From Chiloscyllium plagiosum (lineage: Eukaryota): a stretch of 59,540 bases of DNA. Shown here piece by piece: positions 47,451 through 59,540 of this stretch. Position 1 is the stretch's first letter, and each line of letters starts with the position of its first letter. The notes under the pieces are model-generated. The model was given only the letters and a program-made list of their open reading frames with translations, was not told the DNA's origin and made no database searches. A program made the position numbers and the translations under genes. The stretch covers positions 13,864,023 through 13,923,562 of the forward strand of contig NC_057750.1 of NCBI RefSeq assembly GCF_004010195.1. The letters run 5' to 3'.

Positions 47451-48755
47451 AACAATAGGATAGGGAGGAAGATGCAATAATTTGTTGCTTCCACCAAATT
47501 CACCTGTTAATTCATGGAGAAAATCTTTGGAAATTGGAAAATGAAGATGTGTTAAATAGTGAGGAGGAGGTGGCACAATGGTAATATCTCTGAACTAGTC
47601 ACCCAGACAACACTTCGCTTTTCCAGATGAATCTGGCTAATTATGGCCTTCATCAATGACGACCTTCCCTTAACAGTTTTATTGAATTAATCCCACTGCC
47701 TGCAGCTTTAACAATGATTCCTGTCTCTGAGTAAGACCCTCACTCCGAAGTTGTTTAAGAAGAATCCCTTTTCTTTAATGTCTTGCCTCACTGTTGCCCT
47801 CTGTCTGTCGTTGTTTGTGTAGCTTGGTTTCTGGATGTGTCCCACTATGTGCGATTTAAATAAATGCATCATGCCTTTACCACAGCTTTAAGTAATGGAT
47901 CTTCCACCTTATCTGGGTCATTGATGGTTTCCTAACTTCCTCTTTCCATTAAATACAATCCGCAAAAGCTGTTAAACTACTCCCTTATCACCTCAATTTA
48001 GATGTTCCAATAAGAAATTCTTATTGGAGCAGTGCCTCATAGTCCCTGGTCTAAGTTGTAAATCTCTTGCCTTATTTCCAGCTTTCCCAATGTGTAAGTT
48101 ATGCTTTTACCATGTTTAAATGATCCCCCTGCCCACTGGGCAATTCAAATTTACTTCTGGAAGCTCGATGTCCGTTTGGTTAGATCTCGACTGGGGAAGG
48201 CTCCTGCAGAATGTTGGAGCCCGTTGCCATTGGTAACTGGCTTGGTGTGACTGGCTCTCCAAGTCTTGGCACCGTGCATCTCTTCCAATGTCTGCAACGT
48301 TTTTCCCAACGGCAGGAGATTCCACCGTGCCATAATGTTCTCCTCCGCTGGTTTTGCAAGCGTTCAGTTCTTCCAGCCTTCCCAGAGCAGCGCCTGAAGA
48401 ATCATCCCGTCTCCAATACTGCCACCATGTTATACGATGAATCCGCACCTTAGCTCATCGTGCTGTGTGAGTTATCTGCAGATTTGCTGTCACCAACCTG
48501 GTTGGGATCTAAAGGGGCTGCTTTTGCCTTGATGTGGTGGAGGATAGCTACTTGGCAATCTAATGAGAAGAGGCAACTTTTCTTAAACATGACAGCAAGC
48601 AGTTCCAGTCACATTTGCACAATAGACATTGTGACAAAAATTGTGAGAAAAATCCTTTAACCCTTCTGCCTGAGTAAGTATTCATCTAAATCCCTAGGTG
48701 TTGGTGCTCCAGGAAGTCCCTTAGCTACCTGAGGGAGCTCAGCTTGATGTATCCA

Positions 48756-48931
48756 CAGGACAACCTCGATTATTCGAATGACACGGGCGGGGAATATTTT
48801 GTTCGGATAATTGAATGTTCGGATAATACAGTTTACTTAAGCATCAGGACCTTGCGATTTTGTTCAGATAATCTGAAATTTGGATAATCGATGTTTGGAT
48901 AATCGATGTTTGGATAATCGAGGTTGTACCG
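48756..48931. mobile_element. Tigger/pogo-like MITE
   Basis: TIRs CAGGACAACCTCGATTATTCGAA / TTGGATAATCGAGGTTGTACCG, TA at the right flank, internal TTCGGATAAT sub-repeats. Confidence 0.75.
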
Positions 48932-49230
48932 TATATCTAAATTCTTCTCAGTCATGTATCGAAGAGTTTGTCAATTGGGACAGGGATTAGGACTCTAGTT
49001 CAGCTTTATTCTTCCATCAGATATTTGCTTTAGTGTTTTGCTCTTAAGGATATTAGATATCTTCTTATTTATGAACGAGCTTCCTATAAACAGATATTCT
49101 AACTCAACAATATTCTTCCTCTGACCATATGTGACCTCTTCTTCCTGGTTTAGTCCCTAGAGCTTCCAATTGCTTCCAGTCCCAAAAGTTTGCATGTTTA
49201 TGATGGGACCCAGACCTATCTTAGTTGTAA

Positions 49231-49468
49231 GTCAAGATTAAAGTGATGCTGGAAAAGCACAGCAGGTCAGGCAGCATCCAAGGAGCTGGAAAATTGATGT
49301 TTCGGGCAAAAGCCCTTCATTAGGAATTCCTGATGAGCATTCCTGATGAAGGACTTTTGCCTGAAACGTCGATTTTCCTGCTTCCCAGATGCTGCCTGAC
49401 CTGCTGTGCTTTTCCAGCACCACTTTAATCTTGACTCTGATCTCCAGCATCTGCAGTCCTCACTTCTG
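49231..49468. mobile_element. PLE family A inverted insertion
   Basis: Long inverted arms; CCTATCTTAGTT / CCTAGCTTAGTT flanks; CTGATGAAGGACTTTTGCCTGAAACGTC motif. Confidence 0.85.
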
Positions 49469-49516
49469 CCTAGCTTAGTTCAGACTCTTATAGAACAATA
49501 TCTTCTCATTTCTCAC

Positions 49517-49557
49517 CTTGCTCTGGTCAAACAACCCATGTAGTTTTACGCTGATAT
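49517..49557 (-). other. Candidate 41-nt coding exon of an unidentified gene
   Basis: Minus strand GGTCTTTCAG|ATATCAGC...AGAGCAAG|GTGAGA; reads ISVKLHGLFDQSK and joins in frame to a candidate last exon (TCTTCTCATTAG|ATTGCCAAGTAG, IAK*) at 48559. Confidence 0.35.
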
Positions 49558-50032
49558 CTGAAAGACCTGAGCATGTGAATATTTTGTGAATTTACAAGTG
49601 CCTGTCGAGTTTGGTACACCTTTAAGTGAGGTTCATGTGTTTGCTGTGCACCAAAATACTATGATTTCCTTACGTTACAATAGTGACTACACTTCAGGAA
49701 GATTTGTTTTAACACATGTCCAAAGGTCGGGAAAGGTGCTTTCAAAATGCAAGTCTTACTATCTTTCCTTGGGTCCACCTGCTCCAGGGACAGGAGATTG
49801 AGGGACAGTGATCAGAGGGCTTTCCTGCTGCCCACTGCAATACTCCCCCTACAGCTACCACCAGGAAACAAAGCATTAACTCGGTTGTTCACTGTTCGGT
49901 TGTTTGTGGCCTCCTCACACTGTTCAACCAGTCACTGAATTATACCCCTCCATATCTTATTATGTTTCCGAGACTAAATTTATCAAAATGAGTAATGTTG
50001 AAATAACCTTTGCTATGCATCTATGATTTATA

Positions 50033-50232
50033 CAGGTACTCCCCCCCACCGCTATCCAAAATTAGAGCGTCCTTCTGAAAAGCGAAGAAACATTAATTTA
50101 TATGGGAAAGATTTCACCTTTTCTTGTAAAAGCGAAAATCCTCTTCGGATTTTTTCCAGTTAGCGAAAACAGGTACCAACGTAGGTCATTCATAAAAGCG
50201 AACTTTCAAAAAGTGGTGGGGGGTGGTGCCTG
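50033..50232. mobile_element. Tigger/pogo-like MITE
   Basis: TA|CAGGTACTCCCCCCCACCGCT ... AGTGGTGGGGGGTGGTGCCTG|TA inverted ends with TA duplication. Confidence 0.78.
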
Positions 50233-50529
50233 TACCCAACATCGATTTAAATGCTATCGCGGGGGGACAATCTGAAAGGCTCCATTTGCAAAAACTGCAT
50301 TGAGATACCGATGCTAATTTGTCATCAGAATCACACATGGGTGGTAACCCTGATCTGTGCTCTATTCATAAAGTAATAACTCCAGAGCACATGTTAGAAA
50401 CTCTGCAGGTTGGCAGTAATCTCACTCCTGAGTCAGAAACTTGTACGTTCAAGTTGTGATCTGGAAACATGTGCAAGACACCCGGGTCAGAGACCCCCGT
50501 GCAGTACTGAGGGAGTGCTGCAGGACAGA

Positions 50530-50930
50530 GAATTAGAATTAAAACTAGAATTAGAATCAGCTTTATTGTCACATGTACCCAAATAAGTACAATGAGAAGT
50601 TTACAAGTCATCACTGACGGCGCTACCTTAGTTACCTAAGTTCAGGTTCGTAAGTACAAATTCTTTGAAAGCATAACAAAATTAGAAAAATAAAGAAATG
50701 GAAAGTTCGGAGTAACAGTCATTCTAACTCAGTCCAGTCCACATCAGGCCTTCACTCCAGGCCTCGCCCTGAGGCTCTTGAGGCCTAGAGACTGCCCTGG
50801 AATCATCTTCAGGCTGGAAGTCCACATTGAGGCCAAGAGACCGCCACTCGAGTCCGCCAAGACACCGCCACCCCAGCAGGATGGTGGCATCTTTTCGACG
50901 AGGTTTTTCCTCAAGGGGCTATCTCCCCTC
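50530..50930 (-). mobile_element. Non-coding retroposon with Rex1-like 3' tail
   Basis: Minus-strand tail GTGACAATAAAGCTGATTCTAATTCTA; related pieces at ~11230-11340 (+), ~54415-54800 (-) and ~55823-55880 (+). Confidence 0.5.
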
Positions 50931-51879
50931 TCAGATGGATCTAAACGATCCCAAGACATTATTCAGAAGGAGAGCAGGAAGATTCTCCCCTCTAAGCCAC
51001 ACATTCTGACTTGCAGCTGTATTGGCAGTTCCTTCAGTGGCACTGGGTCAAAATCCGGGGCTCCCTCCTTAACACCAGTGGGGGGGGTGGGGTGTCCCTA
51101 CACCATGTGGGCTGCAGTAGTAGCTCATGGTGACTTACCACCACCTTCACAAGGGGCAACTGGAAATGGTGAGCTAGGGACACTCACACCCTGTAAAATA
51201 ACACCTACGAAAACTGATCTGGCCAATGCTGATCCCTCAACAAACACCACTGAGACAGATCATCATCCCATTGCTGTGCTATGGGGAGAGAGTGCCATCC
51301 ATAAAATGGCTGCTGTGTTTCCTACAATGAAAACACTTGGAAAGAATTTCATGCGCTTCAAAGCGTATCAGGTGACCTCGAGGTCCCCTAAAGGGCGCTA
51401 CAAAAATGCAACTCTCTCCTTTCTCTTCTGGTCTCTGAAATGAAGTGATTCCCTGTGGAATGTCAGATTTAGCGATTCTGGACATCATTTTCAAAGAACC
51501 GCAGGTTGCGTTAGCATACTGGAACAGAGCAGGCGATGACAAATTAGTACAATCCATCTGAAAGAGACATAGCTGCACTCAGCAAATTCCAAAATCCATT
51601 TGGTTAAAATTATTAAAATACTACAGAGATTGAACTAAATGACATTTGCTTATATAAATATATTTTAAAAATCAGCATTCTTGTCAGCCCAAGTATTACT
51701 CCTTAATGCTGATGAATTAACATAGGACTGAGATTTCAGTGAATTATAAAAGCACATTTAATAATTACGTTTGGTACAACAGTAAAGTGTGAGTGCAATT
51801 GTTTAACCATGTAGTGATTTGTCAGGATGCTGTAGAGTTCTCACAGGAATGTGTCATTCTCCTCTAAATGCGTATTGAG

Positions 51880-52207
51880 GACAGCACTGTGGCTCAATGG
51901 TTAGCTTGCTGCTTCACAGAACGAGGGACGCAGGTTCGATTCCACCCTCAGGCAACTGTCTATGTGGAGTTCATACATTCTCCCCTGGGTTTCATCCCAG
52001 TGCTCCAGTTTCCTCCCAGGATGGGCAGGTTAGGCTGGATTGACCATGCTAAATTGCCCATAGTGTACAGGGATGTATAGGCTAGGTGGGTTAGTGGTGG
52101 GGAATGCAGGGTTACAGGGGAACGGGTCTGGGTGGGATGCTCTTTAGAGGGTTGTTGTGGACTTGATGGGCCTAAAGGCCTGCTTCTGCAGTGTCGGGAT
52201 TCTATGA
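51880..52207 (+). mobile_element. HE1-like SINE (diverged)
   Basis: Head GGCTCAATGGTTAGC, GGTTCGATTCCACCCTC, partial V-domain, CR1-like tail. Confidence 0.82.
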
Positions 52208-52272
52208 TGAAGTACCAGAAAACAGAGACAGATAAGTACTAGGCGGGACAGACCTCCAATCCTACTGCAGAG

Positions 52273-52316
52273 GTGCACTGACTATGTCACCGAGCGAGGT
52301 GACGAAACATCTGCAC
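52273..52316 (+). ncRNA. Degenerate hammerhead-like motif from a PLE terminus (family C)
   Basis: GTGCA-CTGACTA-T-GTCACC(GAGCGA)GGTGAC-GAAA-CATC-TGCAC: perfect stems I and II, one core mismatch (CTGACTA vs CTGANGA). Confidence 0.55.
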
Positions 52317-52599
52317 AAAGACACATCAGCTCAGCAAACGAATCTCCAGCCTCACTCTTCCAAAGTTGGGATTACTTACAAAGCAACTCAAGGCTGTTTG
52401 AGATTTTCTTGAGTCATACACATTGATGTGGCATAGATTCTACTGTTTTAGGACAATTAGAAACAGAAGGTGCTGTCAAGTACACTGCAGGTCGGGGGAG
52501 TGAATGGTTCAGGTTGGATGACGCTTCGTTTTAACGGTGACCTTGGGCCGACCTTGCTGTTCCGAATGACCAGCAATGGTCAGGTGCTGAACTAAGGGA

Positions 52600-54193
52600 A
52601 AACCACGTGAGGCGACTGGACCAGATAGCATCCCTGGCAGAGTGCTCAGAGGATGCTCTGACGGATGTTCTCATGGACATCTTTAACACCATAGTTCCAA
52701 CGTGCTTCAAGGCCGCTACCATCATCCCCATGCCGAAGAAGTCTTCAGCGTCCTGTCTCAATGTTGCACTAACACCCATTATCATGAAGTGCTTCAAGAG
52801 TCTCGTGATAAGGCACACCCTACTGCTCCCCTCACTGGACACCCTGCAGTTCACACATCATCCCAACCATTCGACAGATGATGCCATTTCCACCACCCTC
52901 CATCTGGCCCTCGCCCACCTGGAGAAGAAGGACGCCCATGTCAGGCTACTGCTCATCGAGTTCAGTTCTGCGTTGAACACAATCGTTCCTCAGCACCTGA
53001 TTGGAAAGCTGAGGTTGCTGGGCCTAAATACCTCCCTGTGCAACTGGATCCTGGACGTCCTGGCTGGGAGACCTCAGTCAGTCCGGATTGGGAATAGCAT
53101 CTCCAACACCAACACACTGAGCATCCCCCACCCCCCAGTGCTGTGCGCTGAGTCCACTGCTGTTCACCCTCCTGACACATGACTGTGCAGTGATGCACAG
53201 CTCGAATCATATCACTAAGTTCGCTGATGACATGTTTAGTGGGTCTCATCAACAGGAACGAAGAGTCAGCACACAGAGAGGCGGTGCAGCGGCTAACGGA
53301 CTGGTGCAGAGCCAGCAACTGTCTCTGAACATGGACAAGACAAAAGAGATGGTCGTTGACTTCATGGAGTGACCACTCTCCACTGGACATCGACGGCTCC
53401 GCCATGGAGATCATGACGAGCACCAAATTTCTTGGGGTACACCTGGTGGAGAATCTCACTTGGACCCTCAATATCAGCTCCATAGCCAAGAAAGCCCAGT
53501 AACGTCTCTACTTTCTTCACAGGCTGGGGAAAGCCCACCTCCCACCCCTTCCCTCACCACATTCCACACAGGGTCCATTGAGAGTACCCTGTGCTACTGC
53601 ATCATTGCCTGGTTCGGGAATTGCACCGTCTCGGATCGTAAGACCCTACAAGAGATAGTGAGGACAGCTGAGAGGATCATCGGGGTCTCTCTTCCATTCA
53701 TTACAGACATTTACACCACACTCTGCATCCGAAAGGCTAAGGGCATTGTGGAAGACCCCACACACCCCCCAAACTTTTCTCCCTCCCTCCTGCCATCAGG
53801 TAGAAATACCGGAATGTTCTATCTCTCACGGCCAGACTGTGCAACAGTTTCCTACCCCAAGCCATTAGGCTCCTTAACACTGTATCATCAGACTCTATTC
53901 CATCTGAAACTCTTTGCACGACTTTGAATTGCTGAGAGAACAATGTTTTATTAATTATCACCCATTTATTACGCTGAAATTTGTACATCACTGTGCCTAT
54001 CATCTTGAAGTGTCAGGATGACACTGCTGTCTTGTGTGTTTTGCACTTCTTATGCACTTTACACTGCCCTGTGTACGATCGTGTAGTTTGTGCTGTCCAA
54101 GTAGCACCCTCAGTCTGAAAGGAACAAGGTCTCATTTTTACTGTATCAGTTGTATATGGTAGAAATGACAAATAAAACTACTCTTGACTCTTG
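52600..54193 (+). mobile_element. Rex1/Babar-clade LINE, degenerate RT and 3' end
   Basis: [78 protein letters not shown] across frameshifts; tail GACAAATAAAACTACTCTTGACTCTTGA. Confidence 0.9.
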
Positions 54194-55109
54194 ATTAGGG
54201 TGGCACGGAGGTTCAACACAGCAAGAGAAATGGCACTAGCGTACCCAATCTGCCAGTCTGCTCTGACCATTGTTCCTGATTTTCCTGAAGGATGGGGTTG
54301 GAGCTAGCTAAGAAAAGCAACTTGGCTCCTGTTGTGATAACTGGACATTTCTGACGTCTTCAGGGAACTTGCTAAGAAATCATTTTCAGGCCTTGTGATT
54401 TTGAATGAATGACTACTGATTGATTTATTGTCACACATATCTAGGGAGATACAATGAAAAGTGCTCTGTCACCACAATCCGGCACCATTTTGAGGTACAA
54501 AAGGAAGTACTCAAATAGAGTACATCTTCATTGGTCAGTGTCCTAAACATGGATCCAGGACTTAGTTAGGGCCCTGCTGTGAGCCTACAGCAGCTCTCAC
54601 TCCAGACACCAACACTACTGCAGTCAATGACCCATCTACCCCCTCACCAAGAGTCCAGGCTCTGGGCCTACAACAACCAGGAGTCCCCACTCCGCCATCA
54701 CTGCAGCCACTATTCCAGGAGTCCACGTGTAGGACCTACAGACCAGGAGCCACCGTTCACGCTGCTCAGCCCGACTCAAGGAAAACATCCACAAAGAAAA
54801 AGTCAAATATTAATAAAGAGCAGGCCGTGTGTTGGGACTGTAGAACCGAAAAACACTGCCAATTCTGCAAATATGAACAAGAAATAGTGAATGCTTGAGA
54901 TATTCGGCAAGTTGGGGCTTATTCTCATACATCCACTCCACAAAATCTCTGGAGCGTGGACTCTTGGTAGGGTGGAAAGGCAACTGCAGTGGTGCCTGGA
55001 GCGAAGGCTCCTTGTTGCTGTAGGCCCAGAGCCTGGACTTGCAGAAGTTCTGGAGTTGTCTTTGGATCACTGATCAATGATGTTGAACTCTGTTTAAGTA
55101 CTTTCTTTT

Positions 55110-55822
55110 TAGAGTCATTGAGTTATAGAGATGTACAGCACGGAAACAGACCCTTTGGTCCAATGTGTCCGTGCCGACTAGATATCCCAGCTCAATGTAG
55201 TCCCACCTGCCAGTACCTGGCCCATATCCCTCCAAACCCTTCCTATTCATATACCCATCCAGATGCCTTTTAAATGTTACAACTGTACCAGCCTCCACCA
55301 CTTCCTCTGGCAACTTATTCCATACATGTACCACCCTCTGTGTTGCCCTTTAGGTCTTGTTTTATATCTTTCCCCTCTCATCCTAAACCTATGCCCTCTA
55401 GTTCTGGACTCCCACACCCCAAGGAAGAGACTTTGCCTATTTAAGGAGAAAGTGAGGTCTGCAGATGCTGGAGATCAAAGTTGAAACTTTATTGCTGGAA
55501 CAGCACAGCAGGTCAGGCAGCATCCAGGGAACAGGAGATTCGACGTTTCGGGCACAGGCCCTTCTTCAGGAAGAAGGGCCTGAAGAAGGGCCTGTGCCCG
55601 AAACGTCAAATCTCCTGTTCCCTGGATGCTGCCTGACCTGCTGTGCTGTTCCAGCAATAAAGTTTCAACTTTGCCTATTTACCCTATCCATGCCCCTCAT
55701 GATTTTATAAACCTCTATAAGGTCACCCCTCAGCCTCTGACGCTCCAGGGAAAACAGCCCCAGCCTATTCAACCTCACCCTACAGCTCAAATCCTCCAAC
55801 CCCGGCAACATCCTTGTGAATT
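55110..55822 (-). mobile_element. CR1 3' fragment split by a PLE family A hairpin (55444-55667)
   Basis: CR1 motifs on both sides; 14-bp direct repeat ACTTTGCCTATTTA at 55430-55443 and 55668-55681; near-perfect inverted arms. Confidence 0.9.
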
Positions 55823-56199
55823 CTTTATTCTCTTGTACCTCAAAATGGTGCCAGGTTGTGGTGACAGAACACTTCTCACTGCATCTCCTGGCCAATGGGG
55901 AGGGAATACCTGGGTAAACAGGGAGACCGGGACAATGGCAGGATGTGGAAATCACCGGGAAGGAAGCAGATTGGGTCAGAGAATGGGTACAGCACATTGA
56001 GGCTCAGTGAGGTACTCACCTCAGATCCATTAACACTGTGGGCAAAATCTCACCGTCTCCAGAACTGGGTGGATTTGGGCAGGGGTCTGGTGAGATTGCT
56101 GAGAGAGTTTCACTGAATAGAAAGAAGTGGAGGCTTTGGCAAAACATTTCAGTTATTTTCTTATAACAAAACATCCCCAAACTTCAAGATAAGGCGAAG

Positions 56200-56856
56200 T
56201 CACCATAGTCCCAGAATGGCTGCTTTCTCATTAGAGAGAGAGAGAGAGAGAGAGAGAGACCAAGGATGGTGAGTTTAACCTCAGGGTCACCACGCCTGAG
56301 GGAGGGGAGAGTTTGAGGAGGATTCTTCATGGTCACCTTAGCCTGGTACGGGAATTGAACCCACTCACAGAGTCATCGAGTCGTACAGCATGGAAACGGG
56401 CCCTTTTGCCCAACTCTTCCATACCACCCAGGTTTCCTAAAGTGAACTAGTCCCATTGACCTGCATTAGCCCATAGCCCTCTAAACTCTTCCTATTCATA
56501 TATCCATCCAGATGCCTTTTAAATGCTGTAATTATATCAGCCTCCACCACTCCCTCTGGCAGCTCATTCCATATACACAGCACCCTCTTTGTGAAAATGT
56601 TGACCCTCAAGTCCCTTTAAATCTTTCCCTTTCACTTTAAACTAATGCCCTCTCATTTTAGTTCTCCCCTACCCTGGGGAAAAGATCTAGGCTAATCATG
56701 CCCCTCATGATTTTACGAATCTCTATAAGGTTACCCCTCTGCCCCCTACACTTTAGGGAAAACAGTCCCAGCCAATTCAGCTTCTCCTTATAACTCAAAC
56801 CCTCTGTTGGTGTTATGCTATATCACAAACCAGCCATCCAGTCAACTGAGCTAACC
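56200..56856 (-). mobile_element. tRNA-headed SINE split by a CR1 3' fragment (~56367-56803)
   Basis: Minus head TAGCTCAGTTGACTGGATGGCTGGTTTG...GGGTTCAATTCCCGTACC; body CCTCAGGCGTGGTGACCCTGAGGTTAAAC also at ~30100-30205 and ~44650-45370. Confidence 0.7.
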
Positions 56857-58075
56857 TGGGCTAAAGCTCACCCTTTGACCAGGTCACTTTGGAAATAAAG
56901 ATTGGTTAATACAATGCAAACCAAAAGCAGGAAGAAATCAAGATACCTTAAGACAGTAAGGACTGCAGATGCTGGAAATCAGAATCAGTAGATGTGAAAC
57001 TGGAAAAGCACAGCAGGTCAGACGGCATTCGAGGGGCATGAAAGTCAACGTTTCAGGCCGAAACCCTTCATTAGGGCTCTTTATGATGTGAGCTTATTGT
57101 CTCACTCAGTTTAAAACCTCTTGTCCAACACCCATAGCTGCTGTGAACAACTTTGGCAATGTGACTGATCAGATGACAACACCCCTCTCACTTATTTTAA
57201 ATCACCTTGTGACAGAAGCAATAGTTGTTGACCCAACCCATTTCCCTGATATCCCAGGTTCATTTCCACTCTCCATGTTCCATACCCACCCTCTCTCCGA
57301 TCAGGATTTTCATTCCTAGGGTTACCAATATCCCTCCAAAAGCCCCATGGACTGGAGACGGGAATGTGACATGGGATCACTCCTCCCTCCTGACTCCAAT
57401 GGGGAAATCTGGCCCCGCAACTCTGTCTCTCTCCTCACATGCCCGAACGGTATTCCAGCTTATTCCGCTTAAGTATCACATTTCCACTGCTTGCTGTCCT
57501 TTGCTATAGATGTCTTGTTTTTTTTATATCTGACTAATAATTTCAATATCCCATGTTTCCCACCATTTAGGGCATAAAATGTGCACTTTACCATCGTACC
57601 CTTTCCTGATGAAGGGCTTATGCCTGAAACGTTGATTCTCCTGCTCCTCAGATGCTGCCTGACCCGCTGTGCTTTTCCAGTGCCGCACTCTCGATGTCGG
57701 ACAGCTCATCATGTTACAGAGCCGCATCACTTTTCTTATTGGTCGAGGCTGGCCCTCTCTCCCAATTGTCTTTCAGGGTTGGGGTGGGCACATGTAAAAT
57801 ACGTCAATTGGGCTAAACCGCTGGTCAGCCCCCATAATCCCAGGAGAGGGCACCCAACTGTCCCTCCACCTCCCATACCTATGGTCTATTGAGGCTCTTT
57901 AGTGACCAATTATTGTCCGTCCTGTACCCTCAATCCACCTCCACTGCCATAATGCAGTGGACAGAGGAAGGTGGACTTGAGTAGAAAGGCCATCTTTCAC
58001 CCAAGTGTTTGACATGTAAGGAATGTACATAGCGGTAGGGTATATCCTCCATACAAAGGGGGTATTCGTCTCCCA

Positions 58076-58760
58076 TGTTATGTTATTTTGAGTTTAAGAG
58101 GTGTGTTTTGTCCTGGCTTTTCAATAAAGAAATGTTGAGACAGAGGTAACATTTGATCTACTCAGAGCTAAAAATGTGAGCAGTTTGTGAGGCCTTGGAT
58201 GCTTTTTTAAAAAATTGGAACAATAGAAGCAGCCTGGATGGGTGAGGTTGAGTTCCCACAGAATCAGGATTTTTAGTTTAGTTTATCAGTGGCAGTTGTT
58301 GCTGGGGTATTAAAGCTGGGTTTGGAAGCTGCAGTATATCTCTCCCTACTACTCACTCTCAGAGGTTCCTCTTCGTATATTTATTTTTCCCTTCTGGACT
58401 GGAGAATGGCCTGAGAGACAATCTATGTTATTGAACTTGCCTTTCCCAAGGGCATATTTCCAGGATGTTACTACATTAGAACAGTTACTGTTTAGTCGAC
58501 AAATAATCCATTATTTGGTCAATTTTTCCAATGGAGTTAAACTAATTATTTTCTTTTATCCTTCTTTTGTTACATTTTAACGCTAGTGTATGTATAAAGT
58601 GTGTTTTGTTTTAAGATTGGCAGTTTGACCAATCGAATTGTATCCTGAACCCAACACTTTGCACTTGTTTACTTAAAATAAGAAAACGTTGGTGTCTCAA
58701 CTACTTTCTTAAACACCTTGTTCTTTCTGAGGGTGGTTGGGGAGGGGGTGAGCATTATAA
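58076..58760 (+). mobile_element. Solo LTR-like element (family L1)
   Basis: Starts TGTTA; colinear with the reverse complement of 977-2275 once the SINEs are removed. Confidence 0.6.
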
Positions 58761-58979
58761 TTCTCCTCAAACCCTGTAACACCTGGCCCATTCAACACTC
58801 AAACAAAATACTCCAGAAGTTGGAAAACTGGTGGAAAAAATGCTGGAAAAGCTCATCAAGGCTGGCAGCATCGGTGGAGAGAGAAACAGAGTTAATGTGT
58901 TGAGTCCATATTCTTGTCAGTACGTCCTGCTGTATGTTCTGTGCTGCTGCACTTGCTGTTTTTATTGGTCAAGACTAAT

Positions 58980-59540
58980 GCCTGTTGTGGTTCTGTTCGC
59001 CGAGCTGGGAATTTGTGTTGCAGACGTTTTGTCCTCTGTCTAGGTGACATCCTCAGTGCTTGGGAGCCTCCTGTGAAGCGCTTCTGTGATCTTTCCTCCG
59101 GCATTTGTAGTGATTTGTATCTGCCGCTTCTGGTTGTCAGTTCCAGCTGTCCGCTGCGGTGGTCGGTATATTGGGTCCAGGTCGATGTGCTTATTGATTG
59201 AATCTGTGGATGAGTGCCATGCCTCTAGGAATTCCCTGGCTTTCTCTGTTTGGCTTGTCCTATAATAGTAGTGTTGTCCCAGTCGAACTCATATTGCTTG
59301 TTATCTGCGTGTGTGGCTACTAAGGATAGCTGGTCGGGTCGTTTCGTGGCTAGTTGGTGTTCATGGTTGCGGATCATTAGCTGTCTTCCTGTTTGTCCTA
59401 TATAGTGTTTTGTGCAGTCCTTGCATGGGATTTTGTACACTACATTGGTTTTTTTCATGCTGGGTATCGGGTCCTTCGTCCTGGTGAGTTGTTGTCTTGA
59501 GAGGGCTGTTGGTTTGTGTGCTGTTATGAGTCCTAGTGGT
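58980..59540 (-). mobile_element. Penelope-like element (probably Penelope/Poseidon-type): GIY-YIG domain and 3' terminus, running off the window end
   Basis: KTNVVYKIPCKDCTKHYIGQTGRQL.IR.HEH, SLVATHA, FDWDNTTII; hammerhead-like GCA-CTGAGGA-TGTCACC...GGAC-AAAA-CGTC-TGC at 59019-59059 (-). Confidence 0.92.

Noticed and set aside
50778..51443. 221-aa plus-strand ORF
   Set aside because: Spans two unrelated repeat fragments, non-ATG start, no recognisable domain.

Overview
Repeat-dense vertebrate genomic DNA, almost certainly from a shark or other elasmobranch (many HE1-like V-SINEs and CR1 LINE 3' ends); the species cannot be fixed from sequence alone. The only confident host gene is a single coding exon for a secreted DAN-family BMP antagonist of the Gremlin type (14427-14915, +). 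It is clearly diverged from canonical GREM1/GREM2 and is a candidate third paralog (GREM3-like). Weak splice-signal evidence hints at the 3' end of another gene on the minus strand near 48-54 kb. Most of the rest is mobile DNA: CR1, L2-like and Rex1/Babar LINE fragments, HE1-like and other tRNA-derived SINEs, Penelope-like elements (PLEs) with GIY-YIG remnants, Tigger/pogo-like MITEs and solo LTRs. Three things stand out. (1) Two copies of a short LTR family are both hit just downstream of the TATA box by stacks of poly(A)-tailed insertions, identifiable at 27.4-29.9 kb as Tx1-clade 3' ends, suggesting a site-specific non-LTR retrotransposon that targets an LTR promoter. (2) Several PLE families carry minimal hammerhead-ribozyme motifs and form TSD-flanked inverted (hairpin) insertions. 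(3) A PLE 3' end has expanded into 49-bp minisatellite arrays in both orientations. Repeat boundaries were read by eye and are approximate; no database search was run.
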